From positions 5,952,001 through 6,016,000 of the forward strand of contig JBHGNT010000014.1 in NCBI GenBank assembly GCA_043228905.1: a DNA stretch of 64,000 bases. Reading direction: 5' to 3'. The notes beneath the pieces are model-generated. The model had not been told where the DNA came from. It made no database searches and saw only the letters and a program-made list of their open reading frames with translations. Source of the stretch: Azolla caroliniana. Lineage: Eukaryota > Plantae > Polypodiophyta. This document shows positions 1 to 11,470 of the stretch, piece after piece (the first letter of the stretch is position 1; each line of letters opens with the position of its first letter). The position numbers and the translations under genes were made by a program.

Positions 1-689
1 ATACCTGCGTATGACAGTTTCTGAGGTCGTGCACAGAGATGGAGAGAAAGAGAGAGAGAGAGAGACACAGAGGCACAAAAGACTCTTTATTCCATAAGAA
101 AATAATACAACACCCAACCTTACAAAGAGGTTACTAGGTCACTTTATATAGTGACCGACTTAGGGCAACTACCCTTTACGCTAATTACACAAATGGCCCA
201 AACTAGAGCTATACAAGGGATAGTGTGAATACGTCCATTATACACTTGTATTCGACAGGGGCGCCTTTGCGCCCCAGATGTACCCATCCAGGCGTTTCTT
301 CACGAGCCATCGGCGTAAGGCAGTAGAGATGAAGTTCAACATCGCCAGAGTAGGTTCGTGGGGAGGAGACTGGTGGTTGCGGTGGGCTGGAGCTCTGTGA
401 TAGGATGGAGGAGAAGGTGAGGGGGAGGAGCGATGGGAGCGCTGATAGTTAGAAGGTGGGTTTCTGTTTTGTGCAGAAGATCTTCTATTTCCTTCTTTTT
501 GTGGCTTAGGGTTCATTGGGCGGTGAGCCATCGTGGTGCCGCGTGTTCTTGATCTAGGAGTCTGTGCATGCATTTAGTCCGTTTAATAGTGTCGCTATCT
601 TCTCTCTCTTTTTTGTTTTTTTTTTCATAAGGGTTACATACAACCTATTTTTACATTATGGTACAAGTGGGGCCGTCCATTTACGCTGC

Positions 690-916
690 GGGTTCTCCGG
701 CTCTGTCCTGTTTGGTAGTGAATGGGTTAGGTGGTGTAGGGCCCAGGTAAGGTTTAAGGCGAAATCCATTCACCTTTTGCCGTAGTACTTCCCCGGCCAG
801 CATACCTAGTTGGAACGTGCCTTGTTCTGCTCCAATTATCCAGTACGGGCCGGTCCAGCGGAATCATAACTTCCTTGGCATATGGCCCATGCGGGTTTGG
901 AAAACCAGCACCGCTT
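690..916 (-). pseudogene. Ty3/gypsy integrase C-terminal (GPY/F) fragment
   Basis: The minus strand reads KL*FRWTGPYWIIGAEQGTFQLGMLAGEVLRQKVNGFRLKPY, the typical W-x-GPY...VNGxRLKPY integrase tail. It is cut by the LTR starting at 917. Confidence 0.75.
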
Positions 917-1348
917 TGTTACCGGCCGGCAAAGGAGTCCAGAGTGGGAAACGGAGAGCTAATTAAGTAGTAGGAATGTGGTTGTAATTAAGCTATGAGT
1001 GTGGACGGACGGACCGGAAACGGTATGCCGTTCCGGATCCGGACCGATCCCGAACAGGTGCGGAGGGCACCGTTTTGTAATACTGACCAGAAACCTATTT
1101 AAAGGCCCGGATACAATGTAATTGTTAGCGGTTAATTAATGAAAGCTTAAGCGTTGTTATATCTCTGTGTTAATTTCCGTTCTGTCTTAATTGTTATATC
1201 TTACGCGTGTTATGAAGATGATCCTAATAAGTAACTTAACTAAGTCGGATTAAGCGTTGAAGTCTAATCCGGTTGCCGTAACACCCTTTGGTGAAGTGTC
1301 TCCCGTAGACACCCTGTGTTAGGCCATTGTCCGGCCCGAAGAGTAACA
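917..1348 (+). mobile_element. 5' LTR of a Ty3/gypsy (Tat-like) retrotransposon
   Basis: Termini are TGTTAC...GTAACA, followed by a PBS and a gag ORF. The first ~100 bp are homologous to the LTR end at 57846-57943. Confidence 0.8.
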
Positions 1349-1355
1349 CAGTTTT

Positions 1356-1366
1356 TGGCGACCACG
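1356..1366 (+). promoter_or_regulatory. Primer binding site, probably tRNA-Arg
   Basis: TGGCGACCACG lies a few bp after the LTR end. The tRNA identity is from recall. Confidence 0.6.
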
Positions 1367-1632
1367 ATTCCTGTTTTTACAGCGAACGACGGCACGGATG
1401 GATGTCTAGATCAACGCACGACCTGGTTACAGATCCAACTCGACGCCTTGCCGAAAGGCAAAGGAGACGCGGGGCTTTCCAGCAAGTGGTGTAGGAAATT
1501 AGAGCGGATCGCTCGTTTTCCAACGTAATCCGGAGAGTAGCGGAGGACTCCCTCTGGTTACAGGAAACATCGCACCCGGACGACGACAGCAGCCTAAGTA
1601 GCCTCCGGGAAACCGAATCCCTTCTCCACGCG

Positions 1633-4410
1633 TTGGCAAACGAAGAAGGCGAAGCAGAGGCCTTTTTAGCATATGAATTGGACTCCGAAGGGGAATACAA
1701 CGTGCACACGAACTACCGTAGCAGCAACGAAACCCCGGGCGGACCGGAGGACGAAGGATCAGATACCTTACCGACACCGGAACCGGAACCGGAAGTGCTA
1801 ACGCTGGAACCCCCGGAACCAACAGAAGAAGAACGACCTCCGACACTGGAAGTCGAAGAGGAGAGGCCTCCGTCACCAAAGGAAGAGAAACAACCGGAAC
1901 CGGAATCAAATCGGGAAAGACCACCGACATCGGAGAAAATTCCGAAACGAGCACCAACAATACCAGCCCGCGCACCGATACCGGATGACGACATGCCGTT
2001 CCAGTACTCCAAATATAGAGATGATTCGGACGCGGAAGCTCATGTGCACGCCTTTGAACAGACATGGGAAGCCAACCATGTGTCCCAGCGATTGACCCCA
2101 GAAGAAGAAGAACGCTCTAAGATAGCGGAATTTGGCGTCACATTGGAGGGACTAGTAGCAAGATGGCGCCGGACGCAGGACCCGTCTACCATCAACACCT
2201 TTGCAGATTTAAAAGCTAAATTCATGCATTTTTTTCAAAAGGAGGTGGACCAGACCGTAATGTTAGGCTTATTTTATACCATCCGGCAAGAGGCAGGGGA
2301 GAGCATTCCCCAATTTGTCATCCGGTTTCAACGGATGCATAGTCAGCTTACCCGTGCACCCCCGGAGGAGGAATTACGGACGATATTCCTAAACGCGCTC
2401 CGGGAACCCCTACGCACGGTTTGCACGGTAATCGATTTCCGCACAAGTACCATCGACCAGGTCATTGACCGGGTGAAAAAGATGGGAAAGACAAGCTCCT
2501 GGCTCACATTGGGCGCACTTCAACGGGCGTTACCGTCCGATGAAGACCTCCGGTTTCGGCAAGCAATACAGTGCACAACCTGCTTGAATTCGGGACACTC
2601 AGCTCTAGAATGCACTATGAGGACGCAATGTGTAATCTGTCAATCCAAGAGCCATACGACGGATAGGTGCGAGTATAATCTGTTGACTCGGCAAGCACCG
2701 CCTGTTCGACAAATTGAGCCACGCAACAGCCAGGATGAAGAAGACGAACGCTGGCGGCGAATGGACCGTGACCAACCGGCAGAGGATGTCCGGTATGGCG
2801 AGCGACGGGAAAATAATGTCCGGTACGGCGAGCGACGGGAAAATGATGTCTGGTACGGTGATCGGCGAGAGAACTATGACCGGCATGATCAGTACCAGGA
2901 TTACAATAGACGATACGAACAGTACGACCGGGAGCACTCCCCCGGGTATCGTCCGCAATGGAAGGAATACGGCAGATATAAAGGGCAACCCCGTCAAGAG
3001 TACCGTAATAAGAAAAGCTATAACAAAAAATGGCATTTTAAAAAAGGCGGCTACCCCCGGGATCTGGAACAAGGAGCTCCAAGTAGCCAACCGGTACAAA
3101 ACCCCGCGCGTACCATAGGACCTGCCCCGGGCACAACAGACAATGCCGAATCTAGCAACGCCCGGAAGGCCTACTGCTACTACTGCCGACAGGAAGGCCA
3201 TTATAGTAACCAATGCCCGGTGAAGAGCTATGAAAAACGACCGGCGGTAAATATGGTAGTCCCTGAGGTGGCAGACCTGCAGCAGGTGACATCAAGGTCG
3301 AAGGGCATGGCCAAAGAATGGGAGACACAGGAGACCATCCGGAAACAAGAAACGGAATGGGTAAAGAAAGCAAACGAGCAGAATGTCACAGACTTACAAC
3401 AGCAAAAGGAGAACACCGCAGGGCTTGCCGGCGGTAGTCACTCCGAGAACGAGACATGGCAGGCGTTGCAAGAATGCCAGATTACGTTACCACTGGGAAG
3501 ATTCCTACAACTCGTGCCTAGATTCACGGAAGGACTGAAGACGGCCATGACGGCAGGAGAACCATCACTGGCACCGGTATTCTTCTCGAATCCGGAGGAG
3601 GGACCAACAGTGGTAGACACCAGCAGTCCGGTAATCACTGCCATTGTAAAAGGGAAAGAACTCCCCGGCACAGTTATAGACGGAGGCTCTGGGGTAAATG
3701 TAATAAGCCTCCGGATGTGTGAGGACCTAGGAATCCACGAGTGGGAGCCGTGTCCGTTCTGGTTGCGGATGGCCGATACAAGCTCAGTGCGGCCGACAGG
3801 ATTAATACGGAAATTAGAAGTCACCGTCGGCGGGCATACATTTCACATCTCAGCCGTAGTGCTACAATTACAGGCACAAGGCGCCTACCCGCTATTGTTT
3901 GGGCGGCCATGGTTGAAAACGGCACATATCAAACAGAATTGGCGAAAAAATATAATTACCTTCCGGGAAGGAAAAGCCAAGGTATGGGTACCGACACAGC
4001 CAAGGACGAGCACTGGCAAGGAATGTACACCGTTGTATGCGGAATGCGTCAACATGCTAGAAGGGTTAGCGGACGAAGAAGAAGCTCAATACCTGCAGGA
4101 AAACCCTAAGATCATACCCCTCTTCGAAATTGACATTGCCGAAGCCGTAGCACCGTATTTACCGCAACCGGAAGAGGCGGAAGCAGAACCGGATAAAGAC
4201 GCAATCCAGGAGTTACGGCAAGCGCAGGAAGCGTTGGAACGGGAAATGGCCGTTTCACAGCGCGGAAAAGCATCGCACCTCGAAGAGGTGAATTTAGGCA
4301 CCACGAACGAAGCAAAACCGGTGCACATTGCCAAGGAGATGAAGTCCGAAGACAAAACGGCGATGATAACACTTCTCACGGAATTCCAGGCTCATTCCAC
4401 ACAAGCGTAG
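1633..4410 (+). CDS. gag: Gag-protease polyprotein of a Tat-like Ty3/gypsy element, truncated at the start of the RT region
   Basis: The 925-aa ORF has a retrotransposon gag core, three CCHC knuckles (CTTCLNSGHSALEC, CVICQSKSHTTDRC, CYYCRQEGHYSNQC), an aspartic protease motif (VIDGGSGVN) and a pre-RT motif (LEEVNLG...LLTEF). Homology breaks at ~4388. Confidence 0.85.
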   Translation: MANEEGEAEAFLAYELDSEGEYNVHTNYRSSNETPGGPEDEGSDTLPTPEPEPEVLTLEPPEPTEEERPPTLEVEEERPPSPKEEKQPEPESNRERPPTSEKIPKRAPTIPARAPIPDDDMPFQYSKYRDDSDAEAHVHAFEQTWEANHVSQRLTPEEEERSKIAEFGVTLEGLVARWRRTQDPSTINTFADLKAKFMHFFQKEVDQTVMLGLFYTIRQEAGESIPQFVIRFQRMHSQLTRAPPEEELRTIFLNALREPLRTVCTVIDFRTSTIDQVIDRVKKMGKTSSWLTLGALQRALPSDEDLRFRQAIQCTTCLNSGHSALECTMRTQCVICQSKSHTTDRCEYNLLTRQAPPVRQIEPRNSQDEEDERWRRMDRDQPAEDVRYGERRENNVRYGERRENDVWYGDRRENYDRHDQYQDYNRRYEQYDREHSPGYRPQWKEYGRYKGQPRQEYRNKKSYNKKWHFKKGGYPRDLEQGAPSSQPVQNPARTIGPAPGTTDNAESSNARKAYCYYCRQEGHYSNQCPVKSYEKRPAVNMVVPEVADLQQVTSRSKGMAKEWETQETIRKQETEWVKKANEQNVTDLQQQKENTAGLAGGSHSENETWQALQECQITLPLGRFLQLVPRFTEGLKTAMTAGEPSLAPVFFSNPEEGPTVVDTSSPVITAIVKGKELPGTVIDGGSGVNVISLRMCEDLGIHEWEPCPFWLRMADTSSVRPTGLIRKLEVTVGGHTFHISAVVLQLQAQGAYPLLFGRPWLKTAHIKQNWRKNIITFREGKAKVWVPTQPRTSTGKECTPLYAECVNMLEGLADEEEAQYLQENPKIIPLFEIDIAEAVAPYLPQPEEAEAEPDKDAIQELRQAQEALEREMAVSQRGKASHLEEVNLGTTNEAKPVHIAKEMKSEDKTAMITLLTEFQAHSTQA

Positions 4411-4899
4411 GTCTTGAGGCAAGGCTCCCCAGCCTTTTCAGCAGACATCAGTGGGGTGTATGCTTGCACGACCATGAGTTTCTCCTTTGATATACGAGCG
4501 AAAAGCAATAATCAAATTGTTTTTTGTTTGTACATCACCCTCTCCCAGGGTACCATCGTACTGTTCCTCGGCCACCACATGGGCCACGTTTGTGTTGTCC
4601 GGAAGGCCGACTAGCTCCAAGTCTCCAAAATCCGATCGCGGGCCGAATCTTTCCTCTTCCTCGATCTTCGCCTTTACAACCTCGTACGCTTCCCGAACCA
4701 CGTCTTCCACATCCAGGTTTACCGATCCTTCTCGCTACGCGCCCACTCCTTGCTGTGATGATGTGCCGTTGCACATCATCTTCCCCTTTCCGTTCTCCGG
4801 TCGCTCCTTGTCCAGCCATTGGCATACCTGTTCAACTTTCGACCAGTCCTCGATTCCAATGGCGATCTATTCCGTTTGACTGATCGACCTAACGAACAA

Positions 4900-5758
4900 C
4901 AAGACTTTGTCCACCCCCATAGGATTTCTTGCAAAATCCGAAGGTGAAGGAAAGATCCAAGTGGGAAAGACCTTCAACTACGGGCAAATAAAGAACGTTG
5001 AATATCAGGACAATGACTCATCGAACCTGGTTTTAGATGTTGATAGCTAAGTGGGGATGCAAAGATTCTGGGTTGATGAAGGCAATTTTAGAACAGATTC
5101 CTGCCACCCCAAAGCCTTGTCACCCTCTCGACTTGCGGAGAAAAACCGACTGAGGATAAGGTCGGATTCGGAGAGGTGAGGATCATGGGTTCGAGAAGAC
5201 ACCAATGGTTTCAGGCGCGGCAAGCCGAAACATTAGACATTGGAGAAGCAAGCCTAGTTGGGGCTTGTGCGATCGAAGAAGAAGAGATAGCTACCGAAAC
5301 AACATCGAGGAGTCGGCGGCTATGGGCAGGTCGTCGTAGGGCAAAGTTACGAAGTCATTCCCCACACTCATTCCAAAGAATCCCGCAGTCGGGCCGGTGA
5401 ACCGACGTGAGACCGGAGAGAAGGAAGATGACGGTAGGAATGCCAAGGAGGAGGAGGAGGAGGAGGAGGAGGTCGGACAGAGATATCCCTCCACAATTGT
5501 TCAGGAGACTTCAACAATCAGGCCCGAGAGACGACATGAGACCAGAGAGATGGAGGGTGGAGACGAGCGACATGGTCTGAGAGGGAATTATGGAGGTGAA
5601 GAAACGAAGGACAATCCTAGGTCTCTCCTCACACCTATTCCGAAGACTTCGGCACTCAGGTCCGTGTGCCCACGTGAGACCGGAGAGATGGAGGGTGGCC
5701 GCAGGAGACCGGGAATCGACAATGCGGAGAAGAGCGGATGGAATGGGCCCTCCACACC
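4900..5758 (+). mobile_element. Internal fragment of the same non-coding repeat-rich family as 16260-18300
   Basis: Shares GACATTGGAGAAGCAAGCCTAG.TGGGGCTTG (~5237 vs ~16438) and the recurring ACGTGAGACC motifs. Confidence 0.6.
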
Positions 5759-6525
5759 TATTGAGATACAAGCTCAACATTGGGTGCATAAACGGGTACG
5801 TAACCTAGTGCGTAGACTAGGTGCGTAAAACTGTACGCACAACATGGCCATAGGGGTGAGTAAACGGAGAGGCCATTTGAACGTTATTCCTCATAAGGAA
5901 TAATTTTGGGAGTTAGTGTAGAAGGCTCATTTATAAGCAGTCAAGTATTGTCAACAGTAAAGCTTGCGATAAAGACAGAGTTGAGTTTTCCTTCTTGTTT
6001 TCGGAAAGGATAAGACAACAATATGGATAGAGGAATGGGAAGCTTGCTACCGACTTAGAAGCTCAACAGGAGCAACTATGCATCTTGGTTGTACAATATG
6101 CACCAGTACCTGCTTGGTCATGGTTACTGGAGTTATGTCGAAGGAGCTAATGATACAGCACCTGAATCAACACATAGAGATTTTTCGGCTTGGGAACAAG
6201 CGGCAAGCAGAGTTCTTTATTGCGCCGCGTCCTATGTGAGCGACCAGTTGTTAAGCTACATTCGGGATGCTAAGACGCCAAAGGACGCGTGGCTGAATCT
6301 CAAGGGGATTTTCGCCACTAGCACAATGGCCAAGAACCTGCACCTTAGGTAGGAGCTCAACAATGTCCGATAGAAAGATCTGTCTGTGGCTAATTACACA
6401 ACCCAAATCAAGGAGATCTGCGTCTCTCTCGCCTCCGTCAACGTGAACGTCGTGGAGGACGAAATGGTGCAGGTTTGTCTTGGAGGGTTAGCGTCAAAGT
6501 TTGGAGCAATCCGAACGACAATTTG

Positions 6526-9500
6526 TGTTGGGATATGTCCCTCCAGTGGGAGGAAGATCCGACCATCCGGAAACCCGACAGTCGAGGAGCCGAGTTGATG
6601 AGCGAGTCGAGGAAACCGGAATCGTGTAAATAGCCAACTCGAGAGACTATACTTGTAAATAGTCTAAGTGTGTGCTCCACGAGGGCTACGTATGTAAATA
6701 ACCAGAAAGTTGCGTAAGTACATATGCAACTAGGGCAAACTTTTAGTTTGTGTGTTAGTGAGACGAACAGAGTAAGAGAACACGTAAGAGTGTAAGAGAG
6801 AGTAGTGTGAGCCGCGCCATAGCTGTGTGAGTAACAGCAGACGGAAGAGCCCTGTGCGGCTGATGCACTTGACAGAGTGTTGTATTCCTCTCGATGTTGT
6901 ATATCCACTTTGTATAGTGAAGAAATCTGTTCACTCGTGGTTTTCCCCGTTTTAGGGTTTCCACATAAATCTCTGTGCACCATTGTTCATCTTGTCTTTT
7001 CTTTCTGGCATTTCTGTAATTCGTATTTCAACATTGTCTATTCATTGTGATTTATATTCCGCAACGATTTCTCAACAAACTGGTATCAGAGCTTGAGGTG
7101 CAAGCATGGAAGGAGGTGTTAGCGATTTCCCAGGTATGATAGTTTTGAACTCACAAAACTATGCAGACTGGAAGATAAAGATGGAAGAACTTCTCATAGT
7201 AAAAGACCTGTACGAGCTAGTTGACAGAGCAGAAATACCCAAGGGGGTATTGAAGTCAGATTGGAAGCTCCTAAATAGAAAGGTTGTGGCCACTATCTGA
7301 CAATGCGTCGATGTAAGTGTCCTTCAGCATGTGCCGAACGACACAAATGCTTATGAGATGTGGCAGAAGCTGTCGGGTCTGTATGAGAGGAAGAACGCGC
7401 TAAACAAAACCTCGCTAATGAGAAAAATCGTACGACTGAAATACAGAGACGGTGAGAGCATCGTCGAACACATCAACACATTTATGGGGTATGTAAATCA
7501 ACTTGCTGCGACCAAGTTTCCCTTGGATGATGCAATGCATGCCATCCTACTGATGTGTACGTTGCCAAAAAGTTGGGGGAACCTGGTGGTTACTCTTAGC
7601 ACCTCCTGTCCCAGACGGAGTCGAATCTGACTCAACATATGGATAGAGGAAGAGGCCTGCAAAGAAGAAGTCAGCAGCGAACGAACAAATCCCACACCAG
7701 ATCGAAGTCCAGAGGTAAGCCTATGTGCTTTTATTGAGGAAAACCTGGACACTTCCAGAAGGACTGCCGATACATGAGAAAAGACAAGTTTGTCGGAAAC
7801 AATGTCGAACCCGGAAGACAAGAACACTTCAGCCATTGCTATGAGCAATGAAGAACTCCTGTTCATTTGTGAACATACGAGTGCAAATCTTGCGAGTGAA
7901 GATTGCACCTGGGTGATCGACTCCGGCGCATCCTTCTATATTACTCCGTCGAGAGGGTATTTCTCGACTTACATAGTCGGGGATCATGGTTATGTAAAGA
8001 TGGGTGATAATGGAGAGTGCAAGATAAGCGGAGTCGGAAGTGTCTCCTTGACAACGTCGACAGGGTGTCGACTGACATTGAAGGATGTTCAACACGTCCC
8101 CGATATCAGATTGAATCTGATATCAATTGGAAGGCTTGACGACGAAGGCTATAGTGGTAGTTTTCGGAATGGCAAGTGGAAGTTCTATCGAGGAAATCTT
8201 ATAGTGGCCCGAGCATAGAAAGAAGGCACATTGTATACGATGCATGCTCGACTATGCAAATCGGAAGTAAACGTGGTAGCCGACTCGGCAGGGGACACAT
8301 GGCATAAGAGGCTAGGCCACATGAGTGAGAAGGGAATGCACCTGTTAGCTGACCAGAAACTTCTCCCAGAAGTCAAGGGAGTGCACCTGGAGAAGTGTGT
8401 CGACTGCTTAGCCGGAAAGCAGAACAGGGCGGCATTCCACACAAGACCACCAAGGAGAAGAGAAGCTGCACTGGAACTAGTGCACATGGATGTGTGCTAT
8501 GTGGATCCCCCATTGCATCGAGGAGGATAGTACTTTGTAACGTTTATTGACGACTACAGTCGGAAAACATGGGCCTTCGTACTAAAGTCGAAGGATCAAG
8601 TACTGTCGATTTTCACGGAGTTCCAGGCAAGAACTGAAAGAGAGTTGGGTCGGAAACTGAAGGTTGTCTGAACCGACAACGGTGGTGAGTACAAAGGGCA
8701 GTTCGAAGAATACTACAAGTGCCAAGGTATTCGAATTGAATACAAAGTACCAAAGACCCCAGAGTTGAACGGGCTTGTAGAGAGGATGAATTGAACGATC
8801 ATGGAGAGAGTGAGGAGCATGCTCTCTCATGCGAAACTGCCGAAATCCTATTGGGCTGAGGCGATGTACACATATGTTTATCTTATCAACAGGTCTCCCT
8901 CTAAAGGGTGGTGTGGACAAGGAAGGATGTCTCCTACCAACACCTGAGGGTGTTTGGATGCTTGGCGTATATGCATGTACCAAAGGATCAGAGATCAAAG
9001 CTCGACAGCAAGTCGAAAGCATGCATATTCATGGGATACTCGGAAGATGAGTTCGGCTACAGGTTGTGGGACTTAGTTGATAAGAAGGTAGTGAGAAGTC
9101 GGGATGTCATCTTTCTTGAAGATAAGACAATAGAAGACTGGAAGCAACAGAAGTCGGAACTGACTCCCTAGTCAACCTCGACTACTATCGACTTAAGGCC
9201 AAATGTGTCGTCACCAGCAGCTGTAAGGAGACAGCTGGCCGACAGAGCCAAATCCAAGTCGGTCGACTCGGAAAGACCGACAGACTATGAGTCAGAGTCA
9301 GCAGACCTGCTAAAATAAATTGAGGAATATGAGTTGGAGTTGTCCAACCTGGAGATGCTGATTGATGAGCAGAATCGTGAGCAAAGAGAAGTTGGTAGAG
9401 ACATCCAGAAGAGAGCCAACAACGAGTGGACGAAGGTACCCACTTAGAGAAAGGAAGGCACTGATTAGATATGCCAGTAAATACATCCTCTTGACTGATG

Positions 9501-11325
9501 ACGGTGAACCGGAGTGCTATGAAGAAGCCATTGCCGATGAGAGCAGAGAAAAATGGTTGAATGCGATGCAAGAGGAGATGGAATCCTTGCATGCGAATTA
9601 CACCTACGACCTAGTAGAGCTGCTGAAAGGTAAGAGAGCAGTCAGGAATAAATGGGTCTACAGGGTCAAGACTGGAGAAGTCGATAGTGAGCCCAGGTAT
9701 AAAGCCCGTATATTGGTGAAGGGTTTCCAATGGAGGAAGGGCGTCGACTTTGACGAAATATTCACACTTGTCGTGAAGATGACATCCATATGAACTGTTC
9801 TGAGCATAGCGGCCAGTATGGATCCGGGGATCGAATATTTGGATGTCAAAACCACATTTTTGCACGGGGAGCTAGAAGAAGAAATCTACATGCAGCAACC
9901 CGAAGGCATTGAGGAGAAAGGGAAAGAGAACCTGGTGTGCCGACTGAGGAAACACTTGTACGGATTGAAACAAGCTCCATGCCAATGGTACAAGAAATTC
10001 AAGTCCTTCATAATGGCACATTGGTTCCAGAAAACGCAGGCCGATCACTGTGTTCATCAAAAGGTACGAGGAAGGAGATTTCTTGATTCTCTTGCTATAT
10101 GTTGATAGTCGGTCAAGATGCAAGGAAGATTGGAAGTCATTTTCCATGAAAGATCTTGGACCGGCAAAGAAAATCCTAGGAATGTGTTGGGATTTCGGTC
10201 CCTCCGGATGGGATGTCCGGAGATGAATGACGGCAAGCCCGGAGGCTGTTACGGAACCGTAGGATGAAGAGTACCCGGCATGAAGCCGGATGAAGAGTAC
10301 CCGGTTACGGAGCCGGATGCTGAAGACCCCGGTTACGGAGCCGGATGACGTATGTACCCGGAGAGAGATCCGGATGCGGGGACATATCTGTGAATATGTT
10401 TGCCAAGGGCCCTTGAGGCTATATTTGTAAATAGCCCGAAAGTCATATGTGTATAAATATGACTTAGGGCAAACAGTTTTTTCCGTTGTTGCTCATTTTT
10501 CTGTTTTTCCACTAAGAGGGAGCGAAGTGAGAGCAGCCGAGAGAGAGTGAGAGAGAAAGAGGAAGGAAGAGGTCGACGCCTCTGTGTAATACCGCCGCCT
10601 GTGGCGAGGACAGCGAGCTCAAGGTCGTCGCCTTGCAGCTCGCCATTGTACATTCCCGCGTATAGTGATAGTTGGAGTCTTGCACTCCCGTGGTTTTTCC
10701 CATTTAGGGTTTTCCACGTAAAACATCCAGTGTACCCTTCTCTCTATTGTTTTTCGTGCATTGTTGTATTTCCCGTTTTCTGTGAATCGATCCTGTTCCT
10801 CGGTTGTGGCCGAGCACGGAATTTCGACAGAATGCACATAACCCGAGACAGAGCTCGGAAGGTGCTATGGTTGTCACAACAAAAGTATGTGACGAAGATC
10901 CTAGAGAGATACAACATGTCAGACGCAAAGCCGGTCGGCTCCATGTTGCTGACAAATTGGAGACTGAATGCGAAGCAGTGTCCGAAAGGGCAGAAGGAAA
11001 AGGTTGAGATGAAGAAGATACCATATGCCTCAACAGTCAGTAGTCTTATGTACGCTATGGTCTGTACGAGACCAGACATAGAATTTGTTGTGGGAGTAGT
11101 AAGCCTATATATGAGTAATCCAGGGAGAGAACATTGGACAACGGTGAAGTGGATACTCAGGTACTTAAAGGGCACCTCGGGGGTGTGCCTAAGGTATGGT
11201 GTCAGAAAACCTGTACTGGAAGGTTTTACCAATTCGAACATGTCAGGAGATGTCGACTCGAGCCGATCCACGTCAAGGTACGTGATGACCTATGCAGTGG
11301 GAGCAGTGTCGTTGCAATCACGACA
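6526..11325 (+). mobile_element. 3'-truncated degenerate Ty1/copia element 'B', related to D/E
   Basis: LTR 6526-7077 (TGTTGG...CAACA) and PBS TGGTATCAGAGC 7081-7092 (tRNA-iMet). Gag-pol runs from 7106 with stops and frameshifts (WVIDSGAS, WHKRLGHMSEKG). It ends at the RT/RNase H boundary. Confidence 0.85.
10185..10829 (+). mobile_element. Solo LTR related to the copia D/E LTRs
   Basis: TG...CA termini with a perfect 5-bp TSD GAATG. It is clearly similar to 35004-35615 and interrupts the RT of element B. Confidence 0.92.
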
Positions 11326-11329
11326 AGAT

Positions 11330-11470
11330 TGAGTATTATTTTGAATCGAGTTTTTTCTGTGTGTTCTCTCTCTCTATCTCTCCGACGTACTATGCATATA
11401 CAAGCTCTCCATTAAACATGTGTATTTTCAGTGTTCGGTTTCCTATTGCTTCCGCACGCTATTCTTTACA
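11330..11470 (+). mobile_element. 3' part of a copia LTR (A/C-like)
   Basis: Ends GCTTCCGCACGCTATTCTTTACA, like the LTR ends at 15113 and 20754. Confidence 0.6.
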
